A stretch of DNA of 64,000 bases from Camelus dromedarius (taxonomy: Eukaryota): the NCBI RefSeq assembly GCF_036321535.1, contig NC_087436.1, forward strand, positions 116,500,001 through 116,564,000, read 5' to 3'. Both the position numbers and the translations under genes were made by a program. The notes under the pieces were generated by a model, which was not told the origin of the DNA, made no database searches, and saw nothing but the letters and a program-made list of their open reading frames with translations. Numbering within the stretch: the first letter of the stretch is position 1; each line of letters opens with the position of its first letter. Positions 63,391 through 64,000 of the stretch are shown here, piece after piece.

Positions 63391-64000
63391 GAGCTCCGGC
63401 TGAGTGGGGGATAGACAGCTTTGGTTCACTAGCACGAGGTTTTATCAAGCAGAGCTAGAAAACCACCTTCACCCTGACCCTGTGCCTTCACCAGTTAATC
63501 CTTAATGTAGCTTACACCCAGTGCTAAGGATCCTAGCTTTTCTCTCTACGAAAATTGCAAAGTCTCTTTGGTCATCTAATCTTGTGTTTCACCTCCATAC
63601 CTTCTCCTCAGCCTCCCCACCTCCACTCACATCTGATGACCCATAAACCTCATCAATGTCTACCTTTGCACTCTGCCGTAAATAAGACCACACGTGCACT
63701 CAGCATCTAGCACCATCCTGCTCCAGCCATACCAGTTACGCGACACACCTTGCCCAGTCCTAATCCTTGGAACTTAGGCTGTGATCAGTTCAGAACTCCT
63801 GGGAGGTCCAACTTTACCACCTGGAGAAGAATTTGGCACCCAGTTGGCCTATAATGTCTTTTGTGTTGACACAAGTCTTGGCAAATGGCAAGTACTAGGA
63901 AATACACTGAATTATGTAAAGGCACAATTAATACAAAAAGTTCCAAAATATCGATCCCCCTGCTGAAGGAGATAATCTTGTCTCCCTTACCTTATTTTTA

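Noticed and set aside
1..64000. Short ORFs in the supplied track as genes
   Set aside because: All are under ~135 aa and many start at non-ATG codons. The recognisable ones are L1 ORF2 debris or overlap LTRs and microsatellites; none resembles a protein I know.

Overview
Mammalian, repeat-rich, apparently non-coding DNA, almost certainly from a camelid (alpaca/llama/camel). The species call rests on two tRNA-derived SINEs of the camelid Vic-1 type and lineage-specific L1 3' ends. I recognise no protein-coding gene, RNA gene or CpG island. The only ORF-track entries I can place are broken L1 ORF2 pieces and out-of-frame reads across a decayed ERV-L integrase; the rest look like chance ORFs. 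Much of the window is interspersed repeat of many ages: MIR, L2, old L1M/HAL1, MaLR (MLT1), ERV-L (MLT2, LTR16), ERV1-type LTRs, hAT MITEs, young L1s and SINEs. I found no convincing new biological system. The best leads are: (1) two inverted young L1 copies 13 kb apart share a non-CpG nonsense mutation at the last Cys of the ORF2 zinc knuckle, suggesting gene conversion or trans-mobilisation of a defective L1; (2) a tailless L1 fragment with no target-site duplication (TSD) that looks like a DNA-repair insertion; (3) three twin-priming inverted L1s; (4) a few candidate enhancers and a weak LTR-adjacent exon chain. Repeat family names come from remembered consensus sequences, not a database search, and old-repeat boundaries are approximate.
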